54,908 bases of DNA from a virus. Its lineage: Duplodnaviria > Caudoviricetes. The notes below the pieces were generated by a model. It did not search any database. It was not told the origin of the DNA and was given only the letters and a program-made list of their open reading frames with translations. The DNA lies in IMG/VR virus record IMGVR_UViG_3300021197_001056, positions 1 through 54,908 of that record, one strand, 5' to 3'. This document shows, in pieces, positions 17,801 through 27,416 of the stretch (the stretch's first letter is position 1; the number at the start of each line of letters is the position of its first letter). Position numbers and translations under genes: made by a program.

Positions 17801-20800
17801 AGTCAGGTAGTGACATAACTTATTCAGCGGAATTAATAGCTGATGTTGGTTATATATACACTGGTGGTAATTTCGGGTTTTTACAAAACCCAGCTGATCA
17901 AGGTGCTATATACAGAGGTGACTACTCTACTATCGCAACACCAGTACCTAACAATGGTGTTAATGACTATACGGATTATAGCTGGGGTTATACTGGGTTT
18001 TCCGAACCTTTAAACAACTCGGAAACTGGCGTGCCTGGTATGTATGCCCAAGCACATTACGGCTGTGACTTGATAACTAGTTCTAATACGAATATGTATC
18101 AGTATGGGTTAATTAGAGATTACTGGGAAGACTACTGGACAGGTTCAACATATGGGGTTGACACTGCTAATAGATGGTTTATTGACCATGCTGGATTTAC
18201 AAAGCCAAACTTCCAAGACCCATCAGCTGAATGGGAACACGCTTACAATCAAGGTATATTCCATACTAACATAGAAGAAATTGGGACGTTGATTGTTTTA
18301 ACTGCTTTTGCTGGTGTTTTAAACAGTAACTTTCAAATTGATCTTGGAGCAAGTGGAAATATAGCCGCTGGCATAATTCCGCAAAATAAAAACACCATAA
18401 TGTTTAGTCACGTTGGTACTGGTTATGGTACTCCTGATGCTGAATTTAAACAGAAGATGACAACTATAGGTCAAAGGTTTAGATTTAAAGCAGACCCTGG
18501 TATGCAAGGTGATCCTATAATATATGAAGTTTGGGCAGTTATTCATAACAACACGAGATCTAGTTACAAAGGTGTTGGGACTTTTAACGGTACCCCAGAG
18601 GGCGTTGGTCCTTACTGTCAAGGTTGTCAAGAAGAAGGTACAGTTGGATCTAGTTGGGCTTGTAAAAGAAAAAGTTTTGTTATATTCTTTAAGCAAACCA
18701 ATAACGATTATCAAGGGCTTGATACTAGTGTTTGGGATCCTAGAAGTGCTGTTAAGCATGATGGTAGTAGTAGTCTTAAAATAGAGTTAGTATCAGCAGC
18801 TGACACTAGTCAATACATTACAACTGTTAACAATATTGATAATGCTATATTTGAAACCGAACCTAAAGAAGATGTAGGTTTAGATTTATATTATGAGGCT
18901 TCAGATGCTATACCATTAAACTTAAATACTAGTACTATAGAAAGCTATATACCTTTGTTTTCTAAAGTTAAAGCTATACAGTCACCAAGCAACACTGCAA
19001 ACATGTATGCTGGTCATTCTTACAATAAAGTGCCTGCTGATGGGATGAACGTTAGTAGTATAGCAAGAGATGTGGTTGGGATCGGAGATGGCGGAATTGA
19101 AGCGATTCCTATACCACTACGTTTAGGCGATAAGTTAGAATTTGAAAGACCTGACGGTACAATAAACTGTGCGTATATTACTGACTATTGGCAACCTATA
19201 CGAAAATCATCCAACTCTAATACTAATAAAAGTAGATATGAAAAATCTACCGTCTATGAGGATGTAGAGTTTCATTTAACCGCAGGGCCTCAGGAAGAAA
19301 GAAAACTTATAATACCGCTAACAACTCTAGGTGGTGTAGATCAATCACGTATTGTAGGTGATATTGATCTTGGTTTTAACCCAGACAGTAATGTAAATTA
19401 TATATGGAAACTAGAAGGCCCAGCGGCTATATCATTAATGGGATTACCTAGTGATAGTCATTTCATTACCGGTAAAGATAACAATATAAACTCTGTAAGT
19501 TTTAATGGAATAGCATTATTTTCAAATTGGGTTTTACCTGAGTCTATAGTTATTCACAATAACACTCTGGATGAGAACGGTAATTTAACTCCATTTTCCT
19601 CTTTCTTTCTTACTTCAGAATCAAGTAGCGCTCAAGTATTTAAAGCTAAAATAACAAGGATAACAGGGTATTATAGACTGGATGACAAGGTGTATGATAC
19701 TACAACTGTGTTACCTTGGTTTAACTGCTATTCTTTTGGAAATGGATTAGAGTCCAATAGAATAAAAGATGATTACAACGCACCGTTTATAAATAATGGT
19801 TTTAAAGTTTCAACTACTTTAGATTCTTATGGTAAAGAGTTTAGAAGTAATGGATTGATACATTCTGGTATATATAATTCAACAAGCGGTGTGAACATGC
19901 TTAATCAATTTAATATGGCAGAGCCTATAACTAAGGATGTTAACCCTTCTTATGGTCCTATACAAGTATTAAAAAGTAGAGATACTAATTTAGTTACTTT
20001 CTGCGAAGACAAAGTGCTACAAATACTAGCTAACAAAGATGCATTATTTAACGCTGACGGTAGTTCTAATTTAGTTTCAACTAATACAGTTCTTGGTAAC
20101 ACCAAAGCTTTTGTTGGAGATTACGGTATATCAAACAATCCTGAGTCACTAGCTGTTGATGGGTATAGAATGTACTTTGTTGATAAACACAGAAATAAAG
20201 TGTTGAGATTGTCACAAGACGGATTAACTGTTATATCAGACTTAGGCATGAAGAGTTGGTTTAGGGACAACTTGCTAAACTCTACTACTATACTTGGTAC
20301 TTTTGATACTGTAAAAGGAAATTACAATATATCAAACTATAGAAATAACTGGACTGTATCGTTCAACGAAAGAAATAAAGGTTGGACTAGTTTTAAGAGT
20401 TTTGTAGCAGATAACGGTTTATCTATAAACGCAGATTACTTAACGTCCAAGGACGGTGACTTATATTTACACCATGTTATAAACAATGGTGATGGACCAG
20501 CGTCAGGGGAGTTTTACGATGAAAAGCAGAATGCTAGTGTGACTATGATATTTAATGATCAACCTAGTATAATAAAAAGTTTCAAAGCTATAAGTTACGA
20601 AGGTACTCAAGCTAGGGTTAAAGAGTTTGTTACTAACATAGCTGTAGATGTTAATGGAAACTTTATATCTAGTGATGGTTTAAATAACGAGGTTAGTGAC
20701 GGTAACTATTACAACTTAGGAAATAAAAACGGTTGGTTTGTTGATCTTATGGAAACCGATGTTGAAGAAATAGAAGTTATAGATTTTCAAAACAAAGAAG

Positions 20801-21774
20801 GTAAATGGTTTACAAACATAGTCGGTAAACCATCGGTTAATGAAGATGAATTAGATTTAAGTGGTCTTCCAACTTCTAACTTTTCTATACAAGGTATCGG
20901 TATAGCATCTAGTATTGAGTCAAGTCCAATACCAGGTTGTATGAGTCCATGTGCTAGTAATTATAATCCTTTAGCTACCACTGATAACGGTAGTTGCGTT
21001 GATAATAATGTCTATGATTGTATGGATCCTTTGTATCAAAACTATAACCCTAATGCAACTATAGATCAAACGAGCTGTGAAGATGTAACTAGCAAATGCT
21101 CAGATCTACATGTCTTAGGTTGTAATGTAGCTTTAAATCTTGCCGGTACTAGAGCAGATGGTGTTAGCCAGTATACTTTTACAACAGCTATAAACGATAA
21201 TCCTCTTGTTACTAAAGATAATGGTGACTGTATAGAGCAAATTGATGGATGTACGAACCCATGGTCTTCTAATTACAATGCGTCTGCTAATTTTGATGAT
21301 GGTACGTGTGTAGAGGTTATTTATGGATGTAAAGATCCAGATGCTTCTAACTACAACCCAGACGCTCAACACAACGCGGTTAATGTTAATGCAAATGGTG
21401 ATCTTTATGGCAATCCTTGCGTATTCGTAGGTTGTATGTTAGAAAATTCTACTAATTACATAGGTATACAGGAGGACGGAACATATCTTTCTTGGGATAG
21501 CTTTACTAGTAGTAAAATAGTACAACACTTTAGTAGCGCTTCAAACCAGTATGTTGATTGGCCTGCTTTTTATAAACCTTGTGATTACGCTGTGGGTGTA
21601 GAATATGATAGTGGTGAAGTGCAATTCCTTGATGAAGCTGACCATAGTTGCTGTGATCTTATTGTTGAAGGTTGTATGGATCCAACAGCTGTAAATTATA
21701 ATCCTGGTGCAAATGTTGATGATGGTACTTGTTCATACTCAGGTCCAACAAATATATTTATTGATGAAATTTAA
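14857..21774 (+). CDS. Tail stabilisation/muzzle (nozzle)-like protein with C-terminal Cys-rich repeats
   Basis: N-terminal GKMNKDLDERLLPQGQYRDAMNI and propeller-like YGISNNPES...YFVD...LRLSQDGLTVISDLGM...WTSFKSF segments, as in P22 gp10/crAss muzzle-like proteins. Confidence 0.7.
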   Translation: MARLTKTFQAGKMNKDLDERLLPQGQYRDAMNIEVTTSDGSDVGVVQSIRGNKKLPSYNEVSDPVAATVNHNGVTSKVVGSVSDDKTNSCYFFIASPEFGFRPMGEEPKVFKDMIVKYDSVSKKIHPVLTDILRYETPNVFLIEEGQGFDFISFNDENKENIKDNIRPGMVAKAFDAVTSTTFDFNFALDYPTSQEMGNGLVVIEVDEYANRIYFDRVIPNTPAEDSSSITNDKISHWIFTHPEPVLQFQEFLSSNETAYVQGFESRIENKQITGINIVDNLLLWTDGLSEPKKVNIDRLTNGLGKNIPRFSTHSKNLARDPYSDNPKQLKTLSQIEDPGNYLGLGVIDTITRDHITVIKKAPRNAVKLIMSNSSTSIDGTATTANCTHDFVNVYPGSEAQGVAISENFVEGSELVFTAMNNAYASVRASVTSVNNNVYTLDVHSVNNNITYSQVGEYVSWHVSLIQTDPMFSDKIGRFSYRYKYYDNECSTFAPWSELAFLPSKYDYTPIKGYNLGMTNNLRKLRVVDFVNEYVSRPDDVKEIDILFKDTTSPNVYVVKTIKRGKDFEWHNMLGTSTGFDGSGAKGVLDITTEMIHRTLESSQILRAWDNVPITAKAQEVTGNRLVYANYEQGYDVINDIVVDSQVITTHHPGIDNEDLSLSPFKSLKSMRKYKLGVVFGDKYGRETPVIGVGGSYNEEFEVDPETLEPNSSSENYVHESFTVKKDKCARLNKIKAKLKWGGGNSNAEPEPWMDYYKFYIKETSNEYYNLVMDRWYNNDDGTIWISFSSADRNKVDEDTYLILKKAHDSQTPVLNDDAKYKVLSISNEAPDYIKKVDKIIGVTPLDMTANVNLSELLSAQIVGESWLGSGIGAIASGARSFEGVGWARIKGVSAGATPSEVLYSEWRRVSNINAQSYSVSVTEPWGLRADMETDYGFGDGASVDYFVEVKDSVIENKPEFDGKFFVKIHKDSTLEQQVTIQSGSDITYSAELIADVGYIYTGGNFGFLQNPADQGAIYRGDYSTIATPVPNNGVNDYTDYSWGYTGFSEPLNNSETGVPGMYAQAHYGCDLITSSNTNMYQYGLIRDYWEDYWTGSTYGVDTANRWFIDHAGFTKPNFQDPSAEWEHAYNQGIFHTNIEEIGTLIVLTAFAGVLNSNFQIDLGASGNIAAGIIPQNKNTIMFSHVGTGYGTPDAEFKQKMTTIGQRFRFKADPGMQGDPIIYEVWAVIHNNTRSSYKGVGTFNGTPEGVGPYCQGCQEEGTVGSSWACKRKSFVIFFKQTNNDYQGLDTSVWDPRSAVKHDGSSSLKIELVSAADTSQYITTVNNIDNAIFETEPKEDVGLDLYYEASDAIPLNLNTSTIESYIPLFSKVKAIQSPSNTANMYAGHSYNKVPADGMNVSSIARDVVGIGDGGIEAIPIPLRLGDKLEFERPDGTINCAYITDYWQPIRKSSNSNTNKSRYEKSTVYEDVEFHLTAGPQEERKLIIPLTTLGGVDQSRIVGDIDLGFNPDSNVNYIWKLEGPAAISLMGLPSDSHFITGKDNNINSVSFNGIALFSNWVLPESIVIHNNTLDENGNLTPFSSFFLTSESSSAQVFKAKITRITGYYRLDDKVYDTTTVLPWFNCYSFGNGLESNRIKDDYNAPFINNGFKVSTTLDSYGKEFRSNGLIHSGIYNSTSGVNMLNQFNMAEPITKDVNPSYGPIQVLKSRDTNLVTFCEDKVLQILANKDALFNADGSSNLVSTNTVLGNTKAFVGDYGISNNPESLAVDGYRMYFVDKHRNKVLRLSQDGLTVISDLGMKSWFRDNLLNSTTILGTFDTVKGNYNISNYRNNWTVSFNERNKGWTSFKSFVADNGLSINADYLTSKDGDLYLHHVINNGDGPASGEFYDEKQNASVTMIFNDQPSIIKSFKAISYEGTQARVKEFVTNIAVDVNGNFISSDGLNNEVSDGNYYNLGNKNGWFVDLMETDVEEIEVIDFQNKEGKWFTNIVGKPSVNEDELDLSGLPTSNFSIQGIGIASSIESSPIPGCMSPCASNYNPLATTDNGSCVDNNVYDCMDPLYQNYNPNATIDQTSCEDVTSKCSDLHVLGCNVALNLAGTRADGVSQYTFTTAINDNPLVTKDNGDCIEQIDGCTNPWSSNYNASANFDDGTCVEVIYGCKDPDASNYNPDAQHNAVNVNANGDLYGNPCVFVGCMLENSTNYIGIQEDGTYLSWDSFTSSKIVQHFSSASNQYVDWPAFYKPCDYAVGVEYDSGEVQFLDEADHSCCDLIVEGCMDPTAVNYNPGANVDDGTCSYSGPTNIFIDEI
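20935..21735 (+). repeat. GC(M/T)DPxAxNYNPxAxxDDGxC protein repeats in the muzzle C-terminus
   Basis: GCMSPCASNYNPLATTDNGSC, DCMDPLYQNYNPNA, GCTNPWSSNYNASANFDDGTC, GCKDPDASNYNPDA, GCMDPTAVNYNPGANVDDGTC. Confidence 0.85.
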
Positions 21775-21785
21775 AATAAAAATAT

Positions 21786-24700
21786 ATGTCTAATATTTTA
21801 AACGCTAAAATTGTAGATAGTTTCAAAGTAGATGGAACTGCTTCAAACCCAGACTTTAGTACTTTTTCTTCTGAAACCGTGGCGGCTGATTCTACAACCG
21901 AAAATCCTGATTATGATTTTACGGGTATGTATCAAAGCGCTGAAACTGGAGTGTTAATTAAAGTAAACTTTGGAGATTACAACGATGTTGCAGCTGGGTT
22001 TGGTACGACATATTTTCACGGGCAAAATGACACTTTTGGTGATGGTGCAATAGAAAGTTTTGGTGGCGCTTTTTTTATAAAAGCAAACGACGGTTATACT
22101 GTAGCAGCGGCAAATTATAAATGGAACTCGGGCAATGTAGAAGCTATAACGTCTGATGGTACACTTTCTAGTAATGTTATTGATGATATAGAGTTTTATG
22201 ATACAACACAAGGTGGGGCAGAAGGCAATAGAGTAGGAATTATTGTAAGGTGGAAAGATACTTTTAAAATACCAACTGGTACTGGTAACTACGTTGTAAT
22301 GATAGACATCATGGACGATCCTGGCGCTCAGTTAGCAGGCACTATGTTTACAACCTTAGCTATAGTTAACGATTTTGCAGACTGTTTTGCTCAGCAATAC
22401 AACTCTGAAGCTGGAACATTTGGAACAATACCTTCCGGGATAGATGGTGATAATTTTCCACTAAATGTCAAGGAGTTTGATCAAAGTCAATGGGATGAAG
22501 CTTTTCATAGGAGAAAACCTTTAAAATATCGTGGTGTGGTTAGCAATCCTCACGGTAGCGATATAAATATTGAAAGCGTTACATTCACTCCAGCCACAGA
22601 TATTGCAACAGGAAATGATGTTTTCTTTTTTGACACTAGAGAGTTCCACACTGGTGGTGAAGCGCGCCCTAGTGCGGTTATTAACTCAGAAGCGTATGGA
22701 GTCAATGCTGCAGGCTCAGGTACTGTTAATGGTAGTCATTTCACCGACCATCCTTTATTTAATGGTACTAGAAAAGATGTTATATACGTAGGTGCTACTG
22801 TACAGGAGGGTGTGTCTGTAAAGTTAGGTACTATAAAGCTAAAGCTACAACAAGATATTTATAGTGTAAAAGATAAATCTAATGGCGAGCTGGCGATGAT
22901 GGGCCCTGGTACGGCTCTTAGTGTTGGTGCATTTGCTCCTGAAGATGAAGGTTGGTATAGTGGTCAAGTAGAGTACAATGGTAGAACTAATGGGTGGCAT
23001 AGCAAGTATAATGTTAACTCAGATGTTGAAAACTTTATGACGTATGCTGGTGCTGGTATAGGTAATTTTGAGTGGCGTCCGGGTGGATACACTGGACTTG
23101 TACCTTCAGGTAGAGTTGACCCTAGTAACACGGATTCAAGTGACGATAATGACTACTTACTTGGCGCAGAGGATTACACACCTGGTGAGACCCTTCCTAG
23201 TCAAAGTAGAGCAATATTACCTGATCTTGGTTATTGGCACACTCTTAAAGAATTCTTAACAAGCCAAGATGAAATGCTACCTCTGTACGAATCGCCTTAT
23301 ACATACACTCCTTTTGGGCACCCTGGTTATGACTTAACGGGGATGGCTGGACCTTTACTAGATACAGGTAGTACTGTTCTTGCCGCTATGGATAATGATG
23401 ACACGTACATAGACTTAGAGCAAGATATAAACGAGTACCTGGCTAATCATGAAATATTGGATTTTGTCAACGGTAGCCCAACACCATTTATTCTTAACAA
23501 AATGTATCGTTCTTTAAGTTATTGGACTAAAGCTCTCTATATAGGAGCGGATTTACATCCTTGGGCTTTCTTCCCCAACTTTGGTAATGGCTCTTTAGCA
23601 TACGATAGTAGCTCAACACCTACTAGTGGTTCTCAGATTATAAACATGATATCTCCTGGCGTGCAGTACGGTGGTACGGTAGTGAATAGATTTACACTTG
23701 ATAATTTTGTGCTTAGGCCGTGGGCTCATACTCACGACACCCTTAATGCTGGGGAAGGTTATCCAAGTGTAATAGGCCTTATTGAATCAGCGTCAGCTCC
23801 AGATAGTCTTACTTTAGATGGTTCTGAAGGGTGGGCCTTTATACAGGCGTGGCACTCAACATTTAGTTATCTTGAGAATTACTACAGAGAAGTAAGTTTT
23901 GATATTTATTATACACACACAGTTGGAGCTAGTGAAGATCTTGGTGGATCCCCGGGTGTAGACGTAGGGTTCAATGTTGATGGTACACAGGGTGCAAATA
24001 TGAGTATGGTTGATCCATTTGGTTATGAGACTGATAATAATTCATCCAACGCCGCCTATACCCAATATGCAGGCCCATGGTCATTTAGCGGTTCTGAGCA
24101 AATGGTTGGGTTGAGTTGTAATATAAAATGGGATTACATACCTTGGAAAACTGCTATTGATCTTGGAGCACCATTTTTTTCAGAAAACTTACTTTCAGAA
24201 GGTGGTAGATCATTAAGAAAATCTACTAGTGTATCCGCACCAAGTGCAAACACACTGAGTGTAAATTCTGCAAAAGAAATTAGAGAAGTTAATCTCAGCC
24301 TTGGATCAACTCTTGGGTCTGCTGAAGAAGAAATTATTGGACCTGGAGGTATAAGTCACGACGCTGATGCCACAGTACAAGTAGTTGGCGACAAGGGAGC
24401 TAAATTTGAAATTTCGTTTCTAAAGAAAAATGAGGTTGCTTATAGTGCCGGCGATGACGAAGATACTGATCTGTCAAACCCAAGATCTGCGGGTGGCGAA
24501 TCATTGGTTGATAAAATTCTTGATGGAGGAGAATATGAATTTTTAGATGAAAAAACTCTTTATACTATACCAAAAGATGGAAGCGTTACATTAAAAATAC
24601 CAACTATTGAACCTTTTACTAAAGATAAGGGTTGGGTAGAGTTTGCGTTGTCAGTAAGGCCAAGACCAACAAACCATGTAGAAGAATCTGATACTGATAT

Positions 24701-25679
24701 AGGTGTTGATGATACTCCATCGGAAGATTTAAAAACAGATTTAGTTTGTTATAGTGAGTTAGATACTTTGCCTCTTGGTTCCATATATCACCAAACATTG
24801 GATCACGGTTCACTACCAGGCTGCGATAGAACCGAAGTATATATGGTTTATCCACCTGGATATTTTAGTCTAAATGAAAATGATGTAAGCATGCTTGATG
24901 GGATTGTCACAGGACAAATTGGAAACAATACAACTACTGTTATAAGAAGCACGGCTAAAAAAGTAGGTGACACGCTGTTAAGCCCAAATAGCTCAAATGC
25001 AATACTAACCAAGCGCATTTTTCAACTACCTTATGTTAGCATAGGCTTTACAGCTACTAAAGATTCAGATTGGATCTATGAGTCAGGTAAAAATATAAGC
25101 GACATATCAACATTTGGTTTTAAGACCAAAAACGTAGGTAAGCCTTTTGGGTTTGTTAAAGATATAACCTTTATACCGGATAGTGAAAAAAGTGTTTCGT
25201 TTGATATAAGAGTTAAGAAGACTGGTACCTTCTCTTTGAAAGAAGATATTCTTGACGAGTTTATAGAATTACAGCAAGCGTCTTATAATAATAGCACTAA
25301 CATAGATCACCCACGAAGATTTGATGTTGCCGTGGGTATGATTGTTATTGGTGATGGTATTCCAGTTGGGGCCACTGTAACTAGTGTAACAAGCAGTACA
25401 AGATTTGTTATCAGCTCCAGCACTACAGGTGGCGAGTTAAAAGGTAAAACACTTAGCTTGAAAGTGCCGGGACTTACAGAAACTTTATTTGAGCCATTAG
25501 TAAAAGGTAATAACGAAGTGGTTCAATTCACAAAGCTAACCGCTCATGTTGGGAACGGTCTATCTAACACAGACAATGATTATGCTACTTTTACTGGTAG
25601 AATAACTTACATTAAGTTCGGTAGACAATCTCAAACTTTCAATGTAGATTTAACTAAAATATTCGAACATACAGTATAA
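21786..25679 (+). CDS. Large acidic Gly/Ser/Thr-rich virion (tail-associated) protein
   Basis: 1297 aa in the tail module; VAVGMIVIGDGIPVGATVTSV beta-barrel motif near the C-terminus is common in phage tail proteins. Confidence 0.55.
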   Translation: MSNILNAKIVDSFKVDGTASNPDFSTFSSETVAADSTTENPDYDFTGMYQSAETGVLIKVNFGDYNDVAAGFGTTYFHGQNDTFGDGAIESFGGAFFIKANDGYTVAAANYKWNSGNVEAITSDGTLSSNVIDDIEFYDTTQGGAEGNRVGIIVRWKDTFKIPTGTGNYVVMIDIMDDPGAQLAGTMFTTLAIVNDFADCFAQQYNSEAGTFGTIPSGIDGDNFPLNVKEFDQSQWDEAFHRRKPLKYRGVVSNPHGSDINIESVTFTPATDIATGNDVFFFDTREFHTGGEARPSAVINSEAYGVNAAGSGTVNGSHFTDHPLFNGTRKDVIYVGATVQEGVSVKLGTIKLKLQQDIYSVKDKSNGELAMMGPGTALSVGAFAPEDEGWYSGQVEYNGRTNGWHSKYNVNSDVENFMTYAGAGIGNFEWRPGGYTGLVPSGRVDPSNTDSSDDNDYLLGAEDYTPGETLPSQSRAILPDLGYWHTLKEFLTSQDEMLPLYESPYTYTPFGHPGYDLTGMAGPLLDTGSTVLAAMDNDDTYIDLEQDINEYLANHEILDFVNGSPTPFILNKMYRSLSYWTKALYIGADLHPWAFFPNFGNGSLAYDSSSTPTSGSQIINMISPGVQYGGTVVNRFTLDNFVLRPWAHTHDTLNAGEGYPSVIGLIESASAPDSLTLDGSEGWAFIQAWHSTFSYLENYYREVSFDIYYTHTVGASEDLGGSPGVDVGFNVDGTQGANMSMVDPFGYETDNNSSNAAYTQYAGPWSFSGSEQMVGLSCNIKWDYIPWKTAIDLGAPFFSENLLSEGGRSLRKSTSVSAPSANTLSVNSAKEIREVNLSLGSTLGSAEEEIIGPGGISHDADATVQVVGDKGAKFEISFLKKNEVAYSAGDDEDTDLSNPRSAGGESLVDKILDGGEYEFLDEKTLYTIPKDGSVTLKIPTIEPFTKDKGWVEFALSVRPRPTNHVEESDTDIGVDDTPSEDLKTDLVCYSELDTLPLGSIYHQTLDHGSLPGCDRTEVYMVYPPGYFSLNENDVSMLDGIVTGQIGNNTTTVIRSTAKKVGDTLLSPNSSNAILTKRIFQLPYVSIGFTATKDSDWIYESGKNISDISTFGFKTKNVGKPFGFVKDITFIPDSEKSVSFDIRVKKTGTFSLKEDILDEFIELQQASYNNSTNIDHPRRFDVAVGMIVIGDGIPVGATVTSVTSSTRFVISSSTTGGELKGKTLSLKVPGLTETLFEPLVKGNNEVVQFTKLTAHVGNGLSNTDNDYATFTGRITYIKFGRQSQTFNVDLTKIFEHTV

Positions 25680-25684
25680 AAGAT

Positions 25685-26050
25685 ATGCCAAATTTAGATT
25701 TATTTTTCGACAACGACATAAACATATCAGCTCAAGTAGGTGATATAGCGTATTTCGCTTCAACCTCTTCTGTTAGTGAATTTAAGACTAGTGAAATTAT
25801 TAATAACCTGGGTAGTATAGTATCAATTACTTACGATACAACATCAGAAAAATATAAAGTAGTGGTGCAAGTAGCTACTGGCACAGTGTACCCAAATACT
25901 AGCACTGATTTTATAATGTTTAGTAAAAGTAATGTAGTTAATTCATCATCAGCTTTAGGTTACTACTCTGAGGTTAAGTTTGAAAACGATTCTGATGAAG
26001 AGTTTGAATTATATTCTGTAAGTCTTGAAGTTGCTGAGAGTAGTAAATAA
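25685..26050 (+). CDS. Hypothetical structural protein
   Basis: 121 aa; LGYYSEVKFEN...ELYSV C-terminus; last gene of the tail block. Confidence 0.6.
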   Translation: MPNLDLFFDNDINISAQVGDIAYFASTSSVSEFKTSEIINNLGSIVSITYDTTSEKYKVVVQVATGTVYPNTSTDFIMFSKSNVVNSSSALGYYSEVKFENDSDEEFELYSVSLEVAESSK

Positions 26051-26061
26051 AACGCTACAAC

Positions 26062-26075
26062 TGTGATTATATTAA
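26062..26075 (+). promoter_or_regulatory. Putative phage late-promoter motif, copy 2
   Basis: TGTGATTATATTAA in the intergenic gap before the ejection-protein block. Confidence 0.45.
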
Positions 26076-26102
26076 TGAATTAATAATTTTAAATAAAACA
26101 AT

Positions 26103-27416
26103 ATGGGGTTTTTAGGTGACGTAAAAGATTTTCTTCTTGGAACAGATCCTGGTATGGAGATGTATGATCAGGCTAATCAAGCCGCTTCAGATTTAAGTAA
26201 TATAAGTTTTAGTAATCCATTTGCTAATATGCAAAATACCTACTCTGGTATGTCTAATCCTTATGCTGGTCTAACTAATCAATATGAAGGTTTAACCAAT
26301 ACGATGTCTGGACTAGAAAGTCAGTACAGCGGGTTAACAAATCAGTATTCTGGTCTGACTAACACAATGTCTGGTTTGACCAACACTATGTCTGGTTTGA
26401 CTAACACAATGTCTAACCTACCAAATCAATATGAAGGTATGGAAAATACCATGGAAGACTTAACGGTAGACACTAAGCAGGCAGAGTTTGAAGCGCAGCA
26501 AGGTCAGCAGCAAAGAGCAAACATAATGGCTAACATGAAGCAGTCCGCTGGTGGTAGTGGTGTTGCAGCTTTAGCTCAACAGATGGCTGAGTCAGGTCAG
26601 TTAGCCTCTCAAAAAGCTTCAGCTAGTATAGGTCAACAAGAGTCTGCTAATGAAAGATTAAAAGCACAAGAAGCTGGTAGAATACAAGGATTAAAAAGAG
26701 GTGAGCAAAGCAGGTTAGATACCGCATCCGCTCAACAAGCTGGACAACTACAAATGTCTGAAGCACAGATGGCTGGTAATTTACAAATGTCTGAAGCCCA
26801 ACAAGCGAATGCTTTACAGATGGCTCAAGCGCAGGGTGGTACTCAGTTGCAGATGGCTCAAGCAGGCGATTTAGCTTCTCTACAAATGGCTGGAGCGCAA
26901 CAGGGAAATCAACTACAAATGGCACAAGCACAAGGAGCGACTGGTTTAGATATGGCTCAAGCAGGTTTTGGCGGTCAAGCTTTAATGGCTGAGGCTGGAG
27001 CTGGTATGGATATACAAAACATGCAAGCGCAAGGTAATCAATGGCAACAAGGAATGGAATTTAACCAAGCAAACGCAGTCATGCAAAATGCTGCAGGCAT
27101 AGCAGGATCACAGGCTGCCGCGGGTGTAGGAGGAACAACAGGGTTTTTAGAATCCGCTGCTCAAATCGCTGGTGCCTTTGTAACTGGTGGAGGAAGTGAC
27201 AGAAGAATGAAAGAGAACATAAGCATTGTAGGTAAATCACCTAACGGAATAAATATATACACATTCGAATATAAAGATAAAAATTGGGGTGATGGATTAT
27301 TCCAAGGAGTAATGTCTGATGATATACCTAAGGAAGCTGTCATCAAAGCCTATGTTGGTGGTTATGATTTTGTTGATTACTCTAAGTTAGATGTAGAATT
27401 TAAAAGAATTAAATAA
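26103..27416 (+). CDS. Putative ejection/pilot protein with C-terminal Peptidase S74-like (intramolecular chaperone) domain
   Basis: Gln/Ala/Gly-rich helical repeats; GG-SDRRMKENI...NIYTFEY...GVMS...VDYSKL matches the S74 autocleavage domain. Confidence 0.7.
   Translation: MGFLGDVKDFLLGTDPGMEMYDQANQAASDLSNISFSNPFANMQNTYSGMSNPYAGLTNQYEGLTNTMSGLESQYSGLTNQYSGLTNTMSGLTNTMSGLTNTMSNLPNQYEGMENTMEDLTVDTKQAEFEAQQGQQQRANIMANMKQSAGGSGVAALAQQMAESGQLASQKASASIGQQESANERLKAQEAGRIQGLKRGEQSRLDTASAQQAGQLQMSEAQMAGNLQMSEAQQANALQMAQAQGGTQLQMAQAGDLASLQMAGAQQGNQLQMAQAQGATGLDMAQAGFGGQALMAEAGAGMDIQNMQAQGNQWQQGMEFNQANAVMQNAAGIAGSQAAAGVGGTTGFLESAAQIAGAFVTGGGSDRRMKENISIVGKSPNGINIYTFEYKDKNWGDGLFQGVMSDDIPKEAVIKAYVGGYDFVDYSKLDVEFKRIK
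26349..26411 (+). repeat. Three near-identical 21-nt tandem repeats (SGLTNTM) within a longer heptad array
   Basis: TCTGGTCTGACTAACACAATG / TCTGGTTTGACCAACACTATG / TCTGGTTTGACTAACACAATG. Confidence 0.9.

Noticed and set aside
26349-26411. 21-nt repeats as iterons or a mini-CRISPR
   Set aside because: They are in frame, lack spacers and vary only at synonymous positions, so they are protein-level repeats.
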